This document shows positions 61,023-64,000 of a DNA stretch of 64,000 bases, piece by piece. The notes below the pieces were generated by a model, which saw only the letters and a program-made list of their open reading frames with translations, was not told the DNA's origin and searched no databases. How positions within the stretch are numbered: the first letter of the stretch is position 1; each line of letters begins with the position of its first letter. Source of the stretch: Diplonema japonicum (lineage: Eukaryota > Protista > Euglenozoa: Diplonemea); NCBI GenBank assembly GCA_964019335.1, contig OZ025665.1:496001-560000 (forward strand). The letters run 5' to 3'. Made by a program: the position numbers and the translations under genes.

Positions 61023-62675
61023 TCATTCGCAATGGGTCAACAGTGGTGCACACTTCGAGCTGTACTTATGCGCGAGATAACTGTGGTTTCCCCCTTTCCC
61101 CCCCCCCCCCCCCCCCTTCCTTTCCCCAAATCCAAACCTTCTCATAGACTCAGGAGTTTTCGTCCCAGCATCAGACACAAGAGGAACAGCAGGAACATGG
61201 CCAACAGGCAGATTTGTGAGCGACTTCACAGCAGGAACCTGACTGGACTTGACATTGCTGACCAGCTCTTTGACAAAGGTATAAGACGCATCAGTCCATT
61301 TAGTGTCAACAGTGTGCAACACATCCTGCACCTCCTTCAGAATATCAAACAGCTGCCTTGCTGACGCTGCTGTCACGTCATCTAACACCTTTCATTATAA
61401 TATATATATATATATATTTTTTTTTTTTTCCCCCTTCCCCCATACCCCATTAACAGCAGGCGATATAACAGATTTTAGTAAACCAGACGCTTCGGGTGGT
61501 TGGGTACCGGTAAGGCCCTCGTCTAGATCAGCTCGTTCCCGTTCAGACAGCCGCATAGGTGATCGTGAAGGGCAGGACCCGCATCGAGGCAACGACGGTG
61601 AAGTCCCGACACTCCATGTGTCATAAGGAGGGGTTGTTGACGGGCAAGGGTACTCCTCGGGTTGCGGTGACCGAGGTGGCCGCCGAACATCCGCTTCCCT
61701 CGGCGACGGCCCTGCAGAGGACGTTTGAGATACAGGACGCACAACCCTCGCGTAGTAATGTGTGTAGGGATCCCTCGCAGACGCTGGGCGCTGCTCTTCC
61801 CGAACGGTACCGAGATGACCAAGATGCAGCTTGGGAACCCTACTTTTCCCCAAAAACCCAGGGTCTTTAAGAAGCTGCTGGCATGTCGGCCTTGCCAACG
61901 GATCCTTCTGCAAACACGATGCCACGAAATCCCGAAACTCGCTCGACAACCCTCTCAACGCGTATAGATTCACCGTTCGCTGTTCCTTTATCAAAGCAGC
62001 GCTGCGTGCTGCATCTCGATGTTCGTACATAGGAGCCTTGGCCGCCATGTCGTAGGCAAGCATACCTACACCCCAGATATCAAGCTGGAGTTTATGTGGG
62101 GTCATTGATGTCCCGTTGTAGGACAGCGCTTCGGGAGGCGTCCAGTGGGGCGCTGTTTCTAGGAGGTTGCTTTTCAGATATCTTTCGAAAAAGGCCATCC
62201 CGTGGTCTAGCATGATGATGTCGTTGTTGTTGTTTACTAAAACGTTGGAACCTTTTAACCGGCAGTGGTACAAACCTGCCGTGTGCGCGGAGCCGAGATG
62301 GAGGAGAACTTGTTTCAAGGTTTTGACGATGAATTCCTCGTTGGCTTCTTTGGACTTCCGCTCAATGAGGTTCTGATGACCACCGAGGTATTTGTAGATG
62401 AGCCAGATTTCGTTTTTTGTAGTGTCCGCGCAGAAAACGGTTGGGCCGAGCATTCCTTGTGCACTGGAGTATTTCTCAAAGTGGATGATAGCGGAGTCGA
62501 GGACACCTTGGAGATCTTCCTTCTCGTTGATTTGAAGTACGCGTATGGCCACCAGCCCTCCGTTTCGATGCCGCCCCCTCCAGCAGCTGCCAAAGACCTT
62601 GCAGCATTGGGAGCTTTGCAACACGCTTAGCTTCTCATAATCCTTTGTGCTGCCTATATTCATTTTTGTCTCCAT
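61023..62675 (-). CDS. STE20/GCKIII-like pseudokinase, spliced (intron 61445-61389; possible second intron 61137-61081)
   Basis: Kinase fold with VAIR, HCRLKGSN, DHG, PHWTPPE, DIWGVG and RPT. Splicing joins LLKSVISPAVNG to VLDD...LKEVQDVL...FVKELV, resembling the GCKIII/CCM3 dimerisation region. Confidence 0.75.
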
Positions 62676-63714
62676 ACCCCCCCCCCCCCCCCCCTTTCCC
62701 TCTCCACCCTCTCCTGTTATTATTATTTTTATTTGGGTGGAAGAATTGTAAAAAGCGAGGGGGGAAAATAGAAAAGAAAAATGAAAGGAAAAAGAAAAAA
62801 AAATAAATAAAATAAACAAAGTGGGAGAGGGGATGGGAAGGGGAAGGGAGGGAATTATATAATAATGGGAAATGGGGGAAAAGGGGGGGGAAAAAAACAA
62901 CAATGGGGAAGGGAGCAAGTGCACAAAAAAATAGGGTGAAGAGAGGAAAGGAGAAAATGGGGGGGGGTGGTGGTGCAATAAGTGGTTTGGCGCGCTGGAG
63001 GGAGGTTGTCAAGAAAAAAATGAAAGGAGTTGTGGAATAGTGTCACAGTTTGGTTGTGTTTGTCTTCCCTCTCTGCTTTTCTTCTTCTTTTTTTTTTTTT
63101 CCCAGCTTTTTTTTTTCTCTTTTTTTTTAGCGAGGATGAGAAAAGCGGTAAAAACAAAACAAAAAAAATCTCACAGGGGAAAAAAAAAATACTACTTTTT
63201 GCCTTTCTTTTTTTTTCATCAAACCCAACCAAAAAAAAAAAAAAAAAGAAAAAAGAACAGGGGTAGGAGTCGAATAAAATTCTTTTAACAAGAAGAGGGC
63301 TCGTAACACACGAGCCTACATCTTGGCCAACTTCTTTATTTCTTTGCTGAGGAAGTGAAGAAGAAGAGGGGTGTGGGGAGAGGCAGAGGGAGAGAACCCT
63401 GTCAAAATACAAAGCCCTCTCTACTCCCTCTTTTTTTTTTCTTTTTTTGAAAATCCTCCCTCTTCTTTTTTTTTTTAAAGAGTTAGTGACTGCCAACAGT
63501 GAAGGGGGGGGATGTAAAAAAAAAGGGGGGTCCAAAAAAAATCCACAATAATGTACGCAAAAAAAAAAAGGAGGGTATTGGGTTGGGAAGGGGGAAAAAA
63601 AGCTAGCTTTGTATTTGGGGAGAGCCCAGCTATTTCTTTTTTTTTTTCCCCTTTTTCTTATGACAACGAACAAGTATATAATTTTCTTTCCTTTTCTTTC
63701 TCCTGCACCTTTCT

Positions 63715-63748
<34 letters not shown>

Positions 63749-64000
63749 AAAAATACATGTCGCAGCATGCAGTCTTTCCTTCATTTAAACTATAGTTTCC
63801 CCCCCCTCTTACCTTTTCCTAAAAAACACATAAAAAAAGGGCATTTATGTGTTTACCTCCTGTGAGAGAATAGCAGTATGAACGAACTCCTGGGAAAAAA
63901 AAAAAAAAAAAAATCTTCTTCATAAAAAAAAAGAAAAAAAAGCAGAAGAAGGCAGGAAGCGCTCAGATGCACCGAGGAGGGGACAAGGAGAGGAGGGGCT

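Noticed and set aside
59900-64000. Many short Lys/Phe-rich ORFs in intergenic DNA (also 22.6-23.8, 34.5-36.3 and 46.5-48.2 kb)
   Set aside because: Products of poly-A and poly-T tracts with no protein-like composition.

Overview
Eukaryotic, intron-poor DNA with homopolymer-rich intergenic spacers. It is most likely euglenozoan (diplonemid-like), because it contains a 38-nt copy of the euglenozoan spliced-leader (SL) exon and every credible gene lies on the minus strand. The most unusual object is an apparently intact APE-type non-LTR retrotransposon (about 9.4-16.3 kb). (1) It begins with a genomic SL exon whose 3' junction folds back on an element-encoded anti-SL sequence. (2) ORF1 starts with an OTU-like domain lacking catalytic residues and ends in a Cys-rich finger. 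(3) ORF1 and ORF2 are in the same frame, separated by one TGA, and ORF2 has no AUG before its endonuclease domain. (4) A 2A/StopGo-like DGIEPNPGP sits immediately before the APE-RT. (5) An identical 18-bp direct repeat brackets the region (8607 and 17336). The window also holds four mosaic paralogs of a C-type lectin/LamG/mucin/7TM surface protein, and a decaying tandem array of an unknown Cys-motif family with two intact relatives. Other genes: an LVIVD-repeat membrane protein, a TBL/PC-esterase, a bacterial-type fused Fe-S L-serine dehydratase, a PH/coiled-coil protein, a TraB-like protein, primase small subunit and a GCKIII-like pseudokinase. Three clear tiny GT-AG introns (plus one candidate) lack a polypyrimidine tract. 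All family calls come from motif recognition by eye; no searches were run.
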